In this document: positions 10,448 through 20,707 of the stretch, in pieces
How positions within the stretch are numbered: position 1 is the first letter of the stretch
Layout of the letters: each line of letters starts with the position of its first letter
Translations under genes and position numbers: made by a program
Notes under the pieces: generated by a model
The model's input: the letters and a program-made list of their open reading frames with translations, nothing else
What the model was told of the DNA's origin: nothing
Database searches by the model: none
Assembly: GCA_963803805.1 (NCBI GenBank)
Contig: CAWDOD010000010.1
Span: 480,001-544,000 of the forward strand
Length of the DNA: 64,000 nt
From: an uncultured cyanobacterium
Lineage (GTDB): Bacteria; Cyanobacteriota; Cyanobacteriia; Cyanobacteriales; CAWCAG01
Reading direction: 5' to 3'

Positions 10448-10948
10448 ATGATGTCAGCTTCAGAACTTTCTACCCCCTCATCTTATAATCAAGAACAACT
10501 ACAACAAATTCTGCAACTTGCGATTACCCGTCAAGCAGATCGAGAAGAGTTTTCTAGAGAAGAACTTTGGGAGATTGCTACAGAATTAGAAATTCCCATT
10601 GAATGTATGCAGGAAGCGGAACAAGATTGGCTATCTCAACAACTTATAGACCAAAGACGGCAAACTTTTGATCTATATCGAAAAGAAAAGTTACAACAGA
10701 AAGTTGCTAAGTATGCAATTATCAATATTTTTCTAGTAAGTCTTGACTCAATTAGTTCTAGTCATCTTTCTTGGTCAGTATATACTCTTTTGATTTCTGG
10801 TATGTTTCTCTCTCTAAGCGCTTGGAGAACTTATCAAAGCAAAGGAGAAGCTTATGAACAAGATTTTTTGAAGTGGGAACGCAAGCGTCAACTCAAGCAA
10901 TCTGTACAGACTCTTTGGCAAATGTTGCAAAAAACTTGGCAAAGTTAA
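10448..10948 (+). CDS. 2TM domain-containing cyanobacterial protein
   Basis: QQILQLAI..Q, SREELWEIATEL; two hydrophobic helices. Confidence 0.75.
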   Translation: MMSASELSTPSSYNQEQLQQILQLAITRQADREEFSREELWEIATELEIPIECMQEAEQDWLSQQLIDQRRQTFDLYRKEKLQQKVAKYAIINIFLVSLDSISSSHLSWSVYTLLISGMFLSLSAWRTYQSKGEAYEQDFLKWERKRQLKQSVQTLWQMLQKTWQS

Positions 10949-11156
10949 GCAATACTAATTTTTCACTAAACTAAATATAAAATTAAACTAGCTGTGCTTC
11001 AGGGGTTAAGTTGAGGTACACAAAAGGCGTTTTATGCTAGATGTCTTAATCGTTACCATAAGCCATAGAAATATTAATCAAATGTTAAATTTATTGAAAT
11101 TACTTTACAATTAAACTTAACAAAAATTAATTTTAATCTGAAACCCCTACTCTTAC

Positions 11157-11888
11157 ATGGCTGATCCTAACCATATTGCTCTACTGGATAAAGGCATCAT
11201 TACCTGGAACAACTGGAGACTAAAAAACTTAAAGTTAGTACCTGACTTAGTTGGAGTTGTTTTAGCAGAGAGGGATTTAACTAAAGCAAACTTCTATTTA
11301 GCCGAACTTCTTGAAGCCAACCTTACCAGAGCAAATTTCACTGAAGCTAACTTAATTAAAGTAGACCTAACTAGAGGTAACTTGACTGAAGCAATTTGTA
11401 TTCAAGCAGACTTAGAAGACGCGAATCTCAGTCGAGTTCGTATGAAAAAAATTTACTTAATGCGAGCTAATCTTCGCAAAGCTAATCTCACCAGGGCTAA
11501 CTTAATTGAAGCCAATTTAACCGGGGCTGATCTTAGCCAAGCTAATCTTGTGGGAGCCAATCTTACTCAAACCATAGGTTTGCGGAGTAATTTTAGTCAA
11601 GCCAATTTAACTGGGGCTGATTCTAGCCGGGCAGACTTGACAGGAGCTAATTTAGATAGAGCAAACCTTTTAGGGGCAGATTTAGTTGAGAGTAATCTTA
11701 CCGGAGCAAACTTAGGGAGAGCTAATTTTAGAAAAGCAGATTTGAGTGGTGCAAATTTGCAGGAAGCAAACTTAAGTCAAACAGATTTAACGGGTGTAGA
11801 TCTAAGTGGAGCTAATTTAAATGGAGCTAATTTAGTAGGAGCTAACTTAGATGGGGTAGTTTTGCGTACTTTTCAAAACACTCAGTAA
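11157..11888 (+). CDS. Pentapeptide repeat protein
   Basis: WNNWR N-terminus followed by tandem A(N/D)Lxx repeats. Confidence 0.95.
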   Translation: MADPNHIALLDKGIITWNNWRLKNLKLVPDLVGVVLAERDLTKANFYLAELLEANLTRANFTEANLIKVDLTRGNLTEAICIQADLEDANLSRVRMKKIYLMRANLRKANLTRANLIEANLTGADLSQANLVGANLTQTIGLRSNFSQANLTGADSSRADLTGANLDRANLLGADLVESNLTGANLGRANFRKADLSGANLQEANLSQTDLTGVDLSGANLNGANLVGANLDGVVLRTFQNTQ

Positions 11889-12099
11889 AGCAGATATTTT
11901 TGTTGAGTAGTTGGAGTAGTTGGAGAATTTAATTACTTTTAGAAAGAGAAAATAATAGTGCGATCGCGGTCACTATAAACAGCAATTTTTGTCACTTCAA
12001 TATAATTACTGAGTCACGGAAATCCTAGCCCATCAAGCTGATACTTATATACATAAGGGATAACAGAGTTTTTAATCAACATACAACTTTTGAAAAGCC

Positions 12100-12279
12100 A
12101 TGAAAATTGATATCCAAGAACTGTTTTGCAAAATCATGTCTGTCCGCAATATTTCTCTTGTTGAGCAAAAATTAATCACCTCTCTCTTACAAGAAGACGG
12201 TATCGAAGAAACTGAACGTGCTTTAATTAAAAGATTATTTTATGGCGTAGAACGTGGTTTAGTAAAAGTTGCCCACTAA
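12100..12279 (+). CDS. Small cyanobacterial hypothetical protein, 59 aa (absent from the ORF track)
   Basis: Hand-translated MKIDIQELFCKIMSVRNISLVEQKLITSLLQEDGIEETERALIKRLFYGVERGLVKVAH; resembles cyanobacterial EE..AI.RL.Y.V.RG..KV small proteins. Confidence 0.7.
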   Translation: MKIDIQELFCKIMSVRNISLVEQKLITSLLQEDGIEETERALIKRLFYGVERGLVKVAH

Positions 12280-12381
12280 ATGGCAAACGGTTTATAGATA
12301 ACAAATATTTAAACAGACAGTTAAATTAAAAAGTATCAAGAAACGAAACAAACGCAAAGATAAGACATTTAAACGATATAT

Positions 12382-12520
12382 TATAGCTATTCCCAAGCTG
12401 CTGAGGTAGATTTCCACTAGCCATTAGCCAAAGCGAAAAAATCAGAATGGTACTAATAATTTTTATATTGGGTCATTTCAAATAAGCTACTACGCCTTTC
12501 TGCTGCTCTGTACCTCCTGA
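12382..12520. repeat. Degenerate TATAGC...TGAGGTACA-family short dispersed repeat
   Basis: 12382-12430 aligns by eye with the reverse complement of 38555-38603; TGTACCTC at 12509-12516. Confidence 0.6.
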
Positions 12521-12850
12521 CTCCAACAAGTAATTCTTTATACCTGATAGCTTAATAACTTATTGACAGATAGCTTTTTAACTGCAACTTATTACTAATT
12601 TTACTTTTTGCAGATTCTATTTATCCCAATAGGAACTAATATTGAGGCTAAGGGCAGAATAAGGGAAGTAGTACTAACTTCAGATAACACAACCTCACTT
12701 GTGAGGCTATCTGAGAGGAATCAAATTATTGGTTGCTTAGGGTTTGTATCTATTTGTGGTTAGTCATTCCTGTGCTAGTAGCTCAGCAAAAAGCAGGGAT
12801 ATTCCCAGTACTAGCTACTTAAGTTAAGTTTGTGAGTGTAAACAGCAGCA

Positions 12851-13600
12851 ATGACAAAGCGCCAGATTTTAATTGGTGACGTTCATGGTCACTACGATGC
12901 TTTGAAGGTACTATTAGAAGCGGTTGCTCCTGGACAACAAGATCAAGTATATTTCCTTGGAGATCTGATTGATAGAGGACCAAAAAGTTCTCAAGTAATT
13001 GAATTAGTAATGCAGAATAACTATTCTTGCATCTTAGGCAACCACGAAGATATGTTGCTTGCTGTCTTAGACAAAGAATCTACTTCTGAAGCAGCGCTAC
13101 AAGCTTGGTTATATAGTGGTGGTTATGCGACTATAGCTAGTTATGGGGAGGAAGGCATTCCTAAAGAGCATATTGAATGGCTACGTACCTTACCCAGTTA
13201 TCTCGATTTAGGGGAGATTTGGCTGGTTCATGCGGGGGTTAATCCTAATTTGCCCTTAGAACAACAAAGTTCTGAACAGTTTTGTTGGATTAGGGAAGAA
13301 TTTCATCGCACTACTCAACCCTATTTTCCTGATAAGTTGATTATTACAGGACATACCATTACCTTTACTTTACCGGGAGTATCACCAGGAAAAATTGCTT
13401 CAGGTCCAGGCTGGTTAGATATTGATACCGGAGCTTATCACCGTAAAAGTGGCTGGCTGACTGCTTTAGATTTTACCCATAAATTAGTTTACCAAGTAAG
13501 GGTAGAACAGCAAGAAGTACGACTTGTTCCTTTAGAAGAATCTGTCGCTCAAGTCAAGTCTGCTCAAGTTTCTACTCACAAATTTGCCTTTCCTTTTTGA
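12851..13600 (+). CDS. Metallophosphoesterase, PPP-family Ser/Thr phosphatase
   Basis: GDVHG, GDLIDRG, GNHE, HAG, GHT, DTGA. Confidence 0.93.
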   Translation: MTKRQILIGDVHGHYDALKVLLEAVAPGQQDQVYFLGDLIDRGPKSSQVIELVMQNNYSCILGNHEDMLLAVLDKESTSEAALQAWLYSGGYATIASYGEEGIPKEHIEWLRTLPSYLDLGEIWLVHAGVNPNLPLEQQSSEQFCWIREEFHRTTQPYFPDKLIITGHTITFTLPGVSPGKIASGPGWLDIDTGAYHRKSGWLTALDFTHKLVYQVRVEQQEVRLVPLEESVAQVKSAQVSTHKFAFPF

Positions 13601-13718
13601 GGTCTTGCTCCCATTAAAAGATGATTGAACCCCTCAACCTTTTAGTTCCCCTGGCTCTTTTAGGTTTGATTATTATAGCAGCGGTTTTTTTTGGTCTGAC
13701 TAAAAGTTAGAGAGATTT

Positions 13719-15122
13719 TCAACACCACTTTTCCTTAATACGCTTAACTTGTGCTTGAAAATGACTTCCCTTAACGGAATTAACCATTGCCACAAAATTA
13801 CTAAAACCTTGAATTGCAGCTAGGATATCACTAGAATTTCCCCAGGTTTTTCCGGTTAAGCCATCTTTTTCAATTTGGTATAAAGTAGCACGGAATCGCT
13901 TGAGGGTTTTGCGATCTAAGTTGGGAAATTCGTTCACTACAACCCCAGTTACTTCTATTTGGCTAGATTTGCGGCGTAAAATTCTGGTTTTTTCTTGGTT
14001 GATGGTAAAACCTTCATGGCTAACAATTGATTCGGTACGGCGGAGGAGATTGCAAATATAGCGAAGGTGAGTGCCAGAAGCAGAAAAGGTGAGATCGTCA
14101 GCATAGCGAGTATAAGTAAAGCCTAATTCTACAGCAGCATTAGTTAAGCGTTTGTCCAAACGGCGACAGAGAAGGTTAGAGATGGCGGGGGAAGCGGGGG
14201 AGCCTTGGGGTAAATGACGTTCTCCTAAGGCGACATAATAGGTTTTACTATCTAGTTCTACGGTTTCTAATTCTGCTTCGGTACATAACAAAGCAAAAAT
14301 AGTGGCGGCGGCTTCGGAATAGCCGAAGGAGCGGTATAAGCCTTTAACTCTTTTATAGGAGATAGAGGGGAAAAAATCTTTGAGGTCAAAATTAATAGCC
14401 ACATCAGCACCGACATGGGGTTGAGCATTAGTTACGATAGAGCGATCACGTCGAAAACCATGGGCAGCATTATTAATGGCTATTTTTTCTAAAATATTGC
14501 TCAAAAGCCAGTGTTGAGCTTGTTTTAACTTGGGCAGGGGAGCAGATATTAAGCGCTCTCCCCCGGTTTTTTTCGGGATTTTAAAGCGTATGTAATGGGA
14601 TATGGTGGCAGTTTTGCGGTTAAAAGTGAGGAAGCGTAACTGCCCGATGCTAATTTTCATGGCTTGGGCAATTTCCTGGGCTGTTCCTAAGATTGGTATA
14701 CCATGCGATCGCAACCTTTCTTCGTCGCAGTGAGTATGATTTAGCCCTCCGGAAACCTCTTCTCCTAAATAGACAATATCTTGCTCTTGTTTTTGTTGCC
14801 AAGCTTCTGAGCGTTCCTGTCGTTGTCTTTCCCGCCTTTCTTTGGTTTGGGCCTGTTTGCGTCGGGATTCAGCTAATCGCTGCTTCAAAGCCTCTTTACG
14901 GAGGGCTTTTTCATTAGTAAGTCGGGAACTTTCTCGCCGTAACTGTTCTAACTCCCGGCGAATCTCTCCTGTCCGGCGAATCTCATCGGCAGGATCTTGG
15001 GGGATCTCTCCTTCCTCTGGCCAAAAACCCAAGCGAATCATTTCTTCTAAAATAAATTCTTGTTTCCCTCTTTGGCGGATAATATCGTAGAGTTCCTGAC
15101 GGTTACGGGGTTGCTCGGACAT
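13719..15122 (-). CDS. Retron-type reverse transcriptase with N-terminal extension (myxobacterial Mx162-like / type XIII-like)
   Basis: IPKKTGGERLISAP, AHGF, NAQPH (NAxxH), DLKDFFPSI, LPQGSPASP, YTRYADDLTFS, VTG in region Y; about 130-aa charged helical N-terminal extension. Confidence 0.9.
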   Translation of the reverse strand: MSEQPRNRQELYDIIRQRGKQEFILEEMIRLGFWPEEGEIPQDPADEIRRTGEIRRELEQLRRESSRLTNEKALRKEALKQRLAESRRKQAQTKERRERQRQERSEAWQQKQEQDIVYLGEEVSGGLNHTHCDEERLRSHGIPILGTAQEIAQAMKISIGQLRFLTFNRKTATISHYIRFKIPKKTGGERLISAPLPKLKQAQHWLLSNILEKIAINNAAHGFRRDRSIVTNAQPHVGADVAINFDLKDFFPSISYKRVKGLYRSFGYSEAAATIFALLCTEAELETVELDSKTYYVALGERHLPQGSPASPAISNLLCRRLDKRLTNAAVELGFTYTRYADDLTFSASGTHLRYICNLLRRTESIVSHEGFTINQEKTRILRRKSSQIEVTGVVVNEFPNLDRKTLKRFRATLYQIEKDGLTGKTWGNSSDILAAIQGFSNFVAMVNSVKGSHFQAQVKRIKEKWC

Positions 15123-15150
15123 GGTTTGGGCAGGATAGAGGAACGAAGAT

Positions 15151-15156
15151 ATTATA
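15151..15156 (-). promoter_or_regulatory. Candidate -10 box (TATAAT) of the RT gene
   Basis: Perfect TATAAT on the minus strand, 28 nt upstream of the RT ATG, within a 50-bp intergenic gap. Confidence 0.45.
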
Positions 15157-15172
15157 GTACAAGCGAACTTAA

Positions 15173-15868
15173 TTATCTATATTTGTTCAACCAGTTATTA
15201 AGAAAATTCTGCAACCATTCTTCTCTTTCCTTGCTATAACAGATATGTTTCTCAAGCTGTTCCGCAACAGACTGCGCCCCAGGGAGAGTCAGTTGATCTG
15301 CCCCGTTTGTTGTCCAAAACTTAATCATCTCCTCAGTCATTTCCGGGTGAAACTGCAACCCGTAAGCATTCTTACCATAACGAAAAGCCTGATTAGGAAA
15401 GAGTTCTCCTGATGCTAATTTAACAGTTTCTGGTGGCAGTTCAAATCCTTCTTGATGCCATTGATAAACCTGTTTGAGTTGAGCAAAATCTGCTTTGCCT
15501 TCTGGGGTAGAGGTGATAGGAAAATAACCAATTTCCCTAATTCCTTGAGGGTGTCGGACAACTTTTGCTCCCAAAACTCTAGCTAATAATTGTGCGCCCA
15601 AGCAGATACCCAAAAAGGGTTTTGCTGAGGTGATCGCGGTGGGAATCCAGTCTAATTCTGTGCGAATATGGGGTAAGGTCTGGTCATCATTAGCACTCAT
15701 AGGACCACCAAAAACGACCACAGCTTGATGATTATCTAAACTAACAGGAAGTTCCTGCCCTACACTAGGAATGCGAATATCAAGTCCATATCCCGCTTGT
15801 TGTAACAGCTTTCCTACTAATCCAGGATTAGATGTTGTTTGGTGAACAACAACCAGAATTTGCTTCAT
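15173..15868 (-). CDS. Type 1 glutamine amidotransferase
   Basis: GGPMSA, GICLGAQ nucleophile elbow, QFHPE. Confidence 0.92.
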   Translation of the reverse strand: MKQILVVVHQTTSNPGLVGKLLQQAGYGLDIRIPSVGQELPVSLDNHQAVVVFGGPMSANDDQTLPHIRTELDWIPTAITSAKPFLGICLGAQLLARVLGAKVVRHPQGIREIGYFPITSTPEGKADFAQLKQVYQWHQEGFELPPETVKLASGELFPNQAFRYGKNAYGLQFHPEMTEEMIKFWTTNGADQLTLPGAQSVAEQLEKHICYSKEREEWLQNFLNNWLNKYR

Positions 15869-16173
15869 TTGCTAAGGATAATGAATGATTGACCGCTATT
15901 TTCTCGTCTCGGTGGCCACAGGTCTGTATTGGTTGAGTCAGTTAATCATCGGTTCGACAATTTCTATTGGTCAAATTATCTTTCTGTTGTGGCAGGTTAG
16001 ATGTTTACCTTCCATGCCCATTTAAAAAAAGCTCCCAACCCATCTCCGATAAAATATTTTTTTTGATTTGAAATTGATTTTTATCCGATGAGATAATTAT
16101 AACATAAATTCAGCTTTGGTGCTAGGAAAGTAGTAGAAGTGGAAACAGAAAAGATTCGTATTATAGTAATTAT

Positions 16174-19062
16174 TTACTTCGCTTCCATCCAGTTACTTCC
16201 AGAATTAATTTCTACCAATAAAGGTACACTCAACTCTACGGCATTTTCCATGGTTGTTTTGACTTTATTCTGTAAATCTGACCATTCTTCTGGAGGAACT
16301 TCTAAGATTAGTTCGTCGTGGACTTGAAGCAATAACTTGGCTTGATAATTTGTGAGGATTTCTTGCAATCTTATCATGGCAATTTTAATAATATCGGCAC
16401 TGGAACCTTGAATAGGAGAATTGGCTGCCGCCCTTAATAATTGTGCGTCATATTGACCAATGTTTTTAAGTTCATTGAGGTCAATATCTTGAGGCTCACT
16501 ACCTCTTAGTTTGCGGAGGCGATCGCTGGTGAAATTAAAGTAGCGACGACGGTTAAAGATGGTGGTGACAAAACCATTAGCGATGGCTTCTTTTTTCTTA
16601 CTTTCTAAGTAGTCAAAAATGAGGGCATAACGTTCTCGATAGCGTCCAATAAAATCTTTACCAACGTCAGAACTTAATCCTGATTCCCTAGCAAAACGTT
16701 GCGCTCCCATACCATAAATTACTCCAAAATTAATTATTTTTCCTAACCTTCTTTCTTCTGTGGTTATTATTTCTTTTTCAAAGATAATTTGAGCAGTAAC
16801 GGTATGAACATCTTTTTGTTCTTGATAAGCTGTCACTAAAGTAGGTTCTTGACTAAGATGGGCAAGAATTCTTAATTCAATTTGTGAGTAATCTGCTGCG
16901 ACAAGTAACCAACCTTCTTTGGGAATAAAAGCTTGGCGAATTTGCCGAGAAAAAGCTGTACGAATAGGAATATTTTGTAAGTTAGGGTTAGAAGAAGAAA
17001 GTCTGCCTGTGGTAGTAACGGTTTGGTTAAAGTTGGTATGAACTCTACCTGTATCTGGGCGAATTAAAGCCGGTAAAGCATCTACATAGGTGGATTTTAA
17101 TTTAGCTAAACTACGCTGTTCTAAAATGAGGTCAATTAAAGGGTGATCGCCTTGTAATTTTTCTAAGACGGCATGGTTGGTAGAATAGCCTGTTTTTGTT
17201 TTACGAGTCTTTCCCGTATCTAATTCTAACTTTTCAAAAAGTACTTCACTTAACTGTTTAGGAGAAGACAAGTTAAACTCTTTCCCTGCGGCTTGATAAG
17301 CTTGTTGTTCAATTTTTTGTAAGTCTTGCTCTAATCGTTGAGAAAAGTTTTCTAAATACTCTTTATCTATTCTTACCCCCAGATATTCCATTTCTGCTAA
17401 AACTGGTTCGAGGGGTTGTTCTATGGTGGTTAGTAGTTCTGCTAAAACTGGTTTAGTAGCTAGCTTTTTCTCTAATTCCAACTTTAAACAAAAGGTACTA
17501 TAAGCATCTAATCCACAATATTCGGCAACAGTAGGAATATCCAAATCAGCAATAGTTTTTCCCTTGGGAATACCTAAATCTTCATAACTTTTGGCTTCAA
17601 TTCCTGATAAATATTTGAGAGCTAAATCTCCTAATTTATGGGAAGCATTGGGGTCTAAAATATAACTTGCTAACATAGTATCAAAGACAACCCCTTTCAA
17701 CTCAATTCCTTGGGCTTTTAATACTAAACGGTCAAATTTGGCATTTTGTAAAACTTTAGGATACTTATCACTTTCTAGTACGGGTTGTAAAGCTGCCAAA
17801 ACTTCTTTCTTGGGTAAATTAGCACCAGAATTATGACCTACAGGAACATAAGCAACTTCAGTTAATTCTTTGCCCCAACAACAACCAATTCCTACTAATT
17901 CAGCATCCCTTGGTTCTAAGGCTGTGGTTTCTGTATCCCAAGCAACGGAGATTTTTTGGTAGGTTTTAAGTTGCTTAACTAAAGCCGTTAATTTCTCTGG
18001 GGTATCAATAATTTGTGTTTGAGTTTGTACTTGATTTACTTGTTGATTTTTTTCTGTATCTTCAGAACTAAAAAACCATAAGTCTTCATCCTCAAAAACT
18101 TCTACAGTTTCTTCTTGCTCTTCTAATAACGAATCACCGCCGAACTTATCCTGTAACTTACTAATATCTTTAACAAACTTCTTTAACTCCAACTCTTCTA
18201 AGAGAGCTTGTAACTTAAGAGTATCAAAGCCTGTCAAGTGAAACTCTTCTTCTTGTAACTCTATCCCAGGAATTTCATCAATTAACTGAGCCATATATTG
18301 AGAATGGTAAGCAATATCTTTTCCCTCCGCCAACCTTTTCTTCTGCACCCCTTTAAGCTTTTCTAAATTCTCATAAACTCCTGCCAAACTTTCATATTCT
18401 CGCAACAACTTAACAGCAGTTTTATCCCCTATCCCCCTAATACCAGGAATATTATCGGACTTATCTCCAGATAAAGCTTTATAATCAACTACCTGAGAAG
18501 GTGTAATACCCATTTTCTCTTTTACTTCCTCTTCCCCAAATTCAATGATGCCAGAAGCACTTTTCATGGCACGGGGATCTAAATAAAGGACAGAAATATC
18601 TTTTTGATTATCTACTAGTTGAAATAAATCGCGATCGCCACTAACAATTTTGACTTGATAACCTAAGTTACTCCCTTGTTTAGCCAAAGCTGCAATGACA
18701 TCATCTGCTTCGTAACCAGGGCTAAAAACTACGGGCAAGTTTAAGGCGGAGATTAGTTTTAAAAGATTTTCTAAGTCAATACTAAAATCCTCTGGAGTTT
18801 CTTGACGATCTGCTTTATAAGTAGCATCTTTTTCATGGCGAAAAGTCTTTCCTCCTAAATCAAAAGCTACTGCTATTAACTGAGGCTGTTGAGTATCTAT
18901 AACATGAATAAGAGAATTGAGAAAACCAAAACAAACGCTAGTAGGAATTCCTGTTGAAGTATATAATCCTCCGCTACGGCTTTTAGCAAAGGCATAATAA
19001 GCACGGAAAGCTAAGGAATGTCCATCAATTAATAGTAGTTTTTTAGGAGTTCGATTAGGCAT
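16174..19062 (-). CDS. polA: DNA polymerase I
   Basis: LLIDGHSLAFRAY 5'-3' exonuclease, WDTETT 3'-5' exonuclease, DYSQIELRILAH, QVHDE. Confidence 0.98.
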   Translation of the reverse strand: MPNRTPKKLLLIDGHSLAFRAYYAFAKSRSGGLYTSTGIPTSVCFGFLNSLIHVIDTQQPQLIAVAFDLGGKTFRHEKDATYKADRQETPEDFSIDLENLLKLISALNLPVVFSPGYEADDVIAALAKQGSNLGYQVKIVSGDRDLFQLVDNQKDISVLYLDPRAMKSASGIIEFGEEEVKEKMGITPSQVVDYKALSGDKSDNIPGIRGIGDKTAVKLLREYESLAGVYENLEKLKGVQKKRLAEGKDIAYHSQYMAQLIDEIPGIELQEEEFHLTGFDTLKLQALLEELELKKFVKDISKLQDKFGGDSLLEEQEETVEVFEDEDLWFFSSEDTEKNQQVNQVQTQTQIIDTPEKLTALVKQLKTYQKISVAWDTETTALEPRDAELVGIGCCWGKELTEVAYVPVGHNSGANLPKKEVLAALQPVLESDKYPKVLQNAKFDRLVLKAQGIELKGVVFDTMLASYILDPNASHKLGDLALKYLSGIEAKSYEDLGIPKGKTIADLDIPTVAEYCGLDAYSTFCLKLELEKKLATKPVLAELLTTIEQPLEPVLAEMEYLGVRIDKEYLENFSQRLEQDLQKIEQQAYQAAGKEFNLSSPKQLSEVLFEKLELDTGKTRKTKTGYSTNHAVLEKLQGDHPLIDLILEQRSLAKLKSTYVDALPALIRPDTGRVHTNFNQTVTTTGRLSSSNPNLQNIPIRTAFSRQIRQAFIPKEGWLLVAADYSQIELRILAHLSQEPTLVTAYQEQKDVHTVTAQIIFEKEIITTEERRLGKIINFGVIYGMGAQRFARESGLSSDVGKDFIGRYRERYALIFDYLESKKKEAIANGFVTTIFNRRRYFNFTSDRLRKLRGSEPQDIDLNELKNIGQYDAQLLRAAANSPIQGSSADIIKIAMIRLQEILTNYQAKLLLQVHDELILEVPPEEWSDLQNKVKTTMENAVELSVPLLVEINSGSNWMEAK

Positions 19063-19180
19063 TTTTTAGGTAATAGGTAATTTTTGTTTTTATTCAAGGT
19101 TGAAATTAAGCATAGCAACTAATATTTAAACTAGGCTTGAAAGACGTTTAATACTTCAAATAAACTGTTAACAATAGCGA

Positions 19181-20530
19181 TTAGTCTTCAACAACCTTTC
19201 CCACTCCTTCCGGCAAAGTAGGCAAATCCCGAAACAGTAAAGTATAAATATCTGTAGGCATATCAATATCTGCTTTTTCTAAAGCTTCTTTAATAGCTTG
19301 GGCTACTTCTGAGGTGGTAGCCAAAAAGCTTGAACGACGAGAATCTACCCAAAAGCGGACTTCTAAATTAACGGTACTTGCTGCTAATTCTTGCACTAAA
19401 ACATCTGGGGCAGGAGAAGTTTCTACCTCAACTATCTTTTCTAAAACTTGAGAAATTACTTCTTTGGCTTGAGCAATATTTTCCCCATAATCAATACCTA
19501 CTGTAACCGAACTACGACGGCGAGGGGAAGCGGTATTATTAATAATGCTAGCTTGAAAAACTTCTTGATTAGGAATATAAACCAACCGCCCATCATAGGT
19601 TTTCATCGTTGTAGCCCGGAGTTGTATTTGGGTAATAGTTCCTTCATAATCTTCAATTACTACTTGGTCATTGATAGCAAAAGGACGAGCAGCAAGTAAA
19701 ATAACCCCAGAAATATAGTTACTTAAAACATCTTTGAGACTGAAACCAATGGCTACGCTAGTCAGTCCTAATGCCCCTAATAAAGCTCCAAAATCCAATC
19801 CTAAAACACCCAAAGCCACCACAGTCCCTAATACCCAAACTCCCCCATAACCAAGACGGCCAATAAGTATTTCTGTAGAGCGATCGCCTTCTGTTTTTTG
19901 GGCCCAGGTAAAGGCAAGATAGCGTACCAGTTTAGCAACTATCCAAGTAATAATGAGAACGATGAATGCACCAAGAAAAGCAGGAAGATTACCAATAGTA
20001 TCCCGTGCTAATTGTTGTACTGTCCCATAAAGACGTTGCCCCACATCAATAGCTAAAGGTGGTTTATTAATAGCTTTGTTAAGGCTATCAGCCCACTTTT
20101 CGGCTAATTCTTCCACATCTAAACCAAAATCTTGGGCATCTTGTTCTGTTATCGTCATCAAAACCCGATTTTTCAGCCGTAAAGTGGCAATTTTGCGGGG
20201 ATTATCTGGGTTAACAGCAATTTTTTCTACTGTATCGCTTTGAGCCAAAACGCTAGCAATACGTCTATTAATAATTTCAGCCCTTTCCGCAGCGCTAACT
20301 TCAGTCAAACTACCTATTTGAAAGATTGGCCTTCCCCTCACCATAACATCAGCAAAGTAAAGCCCTTCTGAAGAACTAGTTGCCTCTTCTTCTTGGGTTG
20401 GGGAAGGAGGTATAATAGCTTCTTGGCTCAAAACAGTCTGGGCTGAGAAAGAAACAAAACTAATTGTAATTAGAATAATTGCATGAGGATAAATCTTGAG
20501 CTTATATAACTTACTTAATTTTTTTTTCAC
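19181..20530 (-). CDS. MscS-family mechanosensitive channel with N-terminal periplasmic domain
   Basis: AIGFSLKDVLSNYISG, RPFAIND, DGRLVYIPN. Confidence 0.92.
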   Translation of the reverse strand: MKKKLSKLYKLKIYPHAIILITISFVSFSAQTVLSQEAIIPPSPTQEEEATSSSEGLYFADVMVRGRPIFQIGSLTEVSAAERAEIINRRIASVLAQSDTVEKIAVNPDNPRKIATLRLKNRVLMTITEQDAQDFGLDVEELAEKWADSLNKAINKPPLAIDVGQRLYGTVQQLARDTIGNLPAFLGAFIVLIITWIVAKLVRYLAFTWAQKTEGDRSTEILIGRLGYGGVWVLGTVVALGVLGLDFGALLGALGLTSVAIGFSLKDVLSNYISGVILLAARPFAINDQVVIEDYEGTITQIQLRATTMKTYDGRLVYIPNQEVFQASIINNTASPRRRSSVTVGIDYGENIAQAKEVISQVLEKIVEVETSPAPDVLVQELAASTVNLEVRFWVDSRRSSFLATTSEVAQAIKEALEKADIDMPTDIYTLLFRDLPTLPEGVGKVVED

Positions 20531-20707
20531 ACCGATTTTTAATTAAAATTATTACTTATAAATCTTCAAAGAAGAAGCGCCGAGACGCTGATTTTTAATC
20601 ACCGCTTCGGCCGCTTGCCAATACTTTTTTATAGCTCACTGATAATTATCTTTAAGAAGGCCAATAAAGTAAAAAATCACCTTATTAGCTAGCTTAAACA
20701 GTAAAAT

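Noticed and set aside
13719-15122. Group II intron or DGR reverse transcriptase
   Set aside because: No maturase or endonuclease domain, no space for intron RNA, and no TR/VR pair or avd gene seen; NAxxH and VTG indicate a retron
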